DNA from: Acidobacteriota bacterium
GTDB lineage: Bacteria > Acidobacteriota > Blastocatellia > Pyrinomonadales > Pyrinomonadaceae
Length of the DNA: 64,000 nt
Direction: 5' to 3'
NCBI GenBank assembly: GCA_031411895.1
Contig: JANOBZ010000181.1
Location: 2,998 to 66,997 of the forward strand
Shown here: positions 63,446-64,000 of the stretch, in pieces
How the letters are laid out: each line of letters starts with the position of its first letter
How positions within the stretch are numbered: the stretch's first letter is position 1
Notes under the pieces: generated by a model
Told to the model about the DNA's origin: nothing
The model's input: only the letters and a program-made list of their open reading frames with translations
Database searches by the model: none
Made by a program: the position numbers and the translations under genes

Positions 63446-64000
63446 TTAAGCTTCGTTTTCGAGCAACTCTTTCGCTTTCAACAAACTCTGGCGATGTTCC
63501 TCGGTTACTTTCGGATATTGCAAATCCATTGATTCGAGCTTTTTCACGATAACTTCCGAAACGGCGACGCGCGTGAACCATTTTTTGTCCGCCGGAATCA
63601 CATACCACGGCGCTTTGGCGGTCGAAGTCGCCGAAATCGCTTCTTCGTAAGCCTTCATATAATCTTTCCAAAAGCCGCGTTCTTTGGCGTCCGAAGCGGA
63701 GAATTTCCAGTTTTTTTCCGGTTCTTCGATGCGCGATAGGAAACGATTCTTTTGTTCTTCTTTCGAAATGTTAAGAAAAAATTTGAGCACGTGGACGCCG
63801 TTTTCCGCCAAGTAATTTTCAAAATTGTCGATCTGCGCAAAGCGCTTGCGCCAGACATTTTTATCGCTTTTTATATCGGCAGGAAGCGGCTGCGCCTGCA
63901 AAATTTCCGCGTGTACGCGCACGACCAGAACTTCTTCGTAATACGAACGATTGAAAATTCCGATGCGCCCGCGTTCGGGCGTGTTTTTCGCGCAGCGCCA
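63446..64000 (-). CDS. ppk2: Polyphosphate kinase 2 family protein; 5' end outside window
   Basis: Frame open to the window edge; ...GIFNRSYYEEVLVVRVH..., FLNISKEEQKNRFLSRIE.PEKNWKFS..D motifs. Confidence 0.85.
   Translation of the reverse strand, partial: WRCAKNTPERGRIGIFNRSYYEEVLVVRVHAEILQAQPLPADIKSDKNVWRKRFAQIDNFENYLAENGVHVLKFFLNISKEEQKNRFLSRIEEPEKNWKFSASDAKERGFWKDYMKAYEEAISATSTAKAPWYVIPADKKWFTRVAVSEVIVKKLESMDLQYPKVTEEHRQSLLKAKELLENEA

Overview
This 64-kb window is ordinary chromosomal DNA from a Gram-negative bacterium. LpxI, an RND/TolC efflux operon, a BshB1-like deacetylase and a PEP-CTERM-locus-type deacetylase suggest Acidobacteriota, but that placement is only inference. I call about 60 protein genes. 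They include housekeeping genes (larB partial, yacG, def, glpX, ppsA, rsmI, lpxI, mug, guaA, a PPK2 partial). There is a roughly 14-kb minus-strand polysaccharide cluster (5.5-19.2 kb) with a WbpB/WbpE/WbpD/WbpI-like di-N-acetyl-hexuronate module. Other units are a TetR-MFP-RND-TolC efflux operon, an Opu-like ABC transporter, a DUF1190x2/YgiC-like ATP-grasp/DUF350 operon, and a histidine kinase / sigma-54 activator pair. No CRISPR array, rRNA, transposase or integrase is visible. Four features stand out. (1) The only tRNA gene, tRNA-Asn(GUU), is split in its anticodon by a 551-nt group I-like intron carrying an HNH endonuclease ORF. (2) The window is crowded with more than 25 modular hairpin elements. 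Each is built from short tandem units (7-10 nt) followed by the inverted array. They fill nearly every intercistronic gap, sit a fixed short distance before start codons that lack a Shine-Dalgarno sequence, supply stop codons and C-terminal tails, and are translated in frame inside at least three genes. (3) Two perfect sigma-54 promoters precede small secreted low-complexity proteins. (4) The def gene has an in-frame TAG at a conserved Tyr codon. All functional calls come from reading motifs by eye. No database search or folding program was run.
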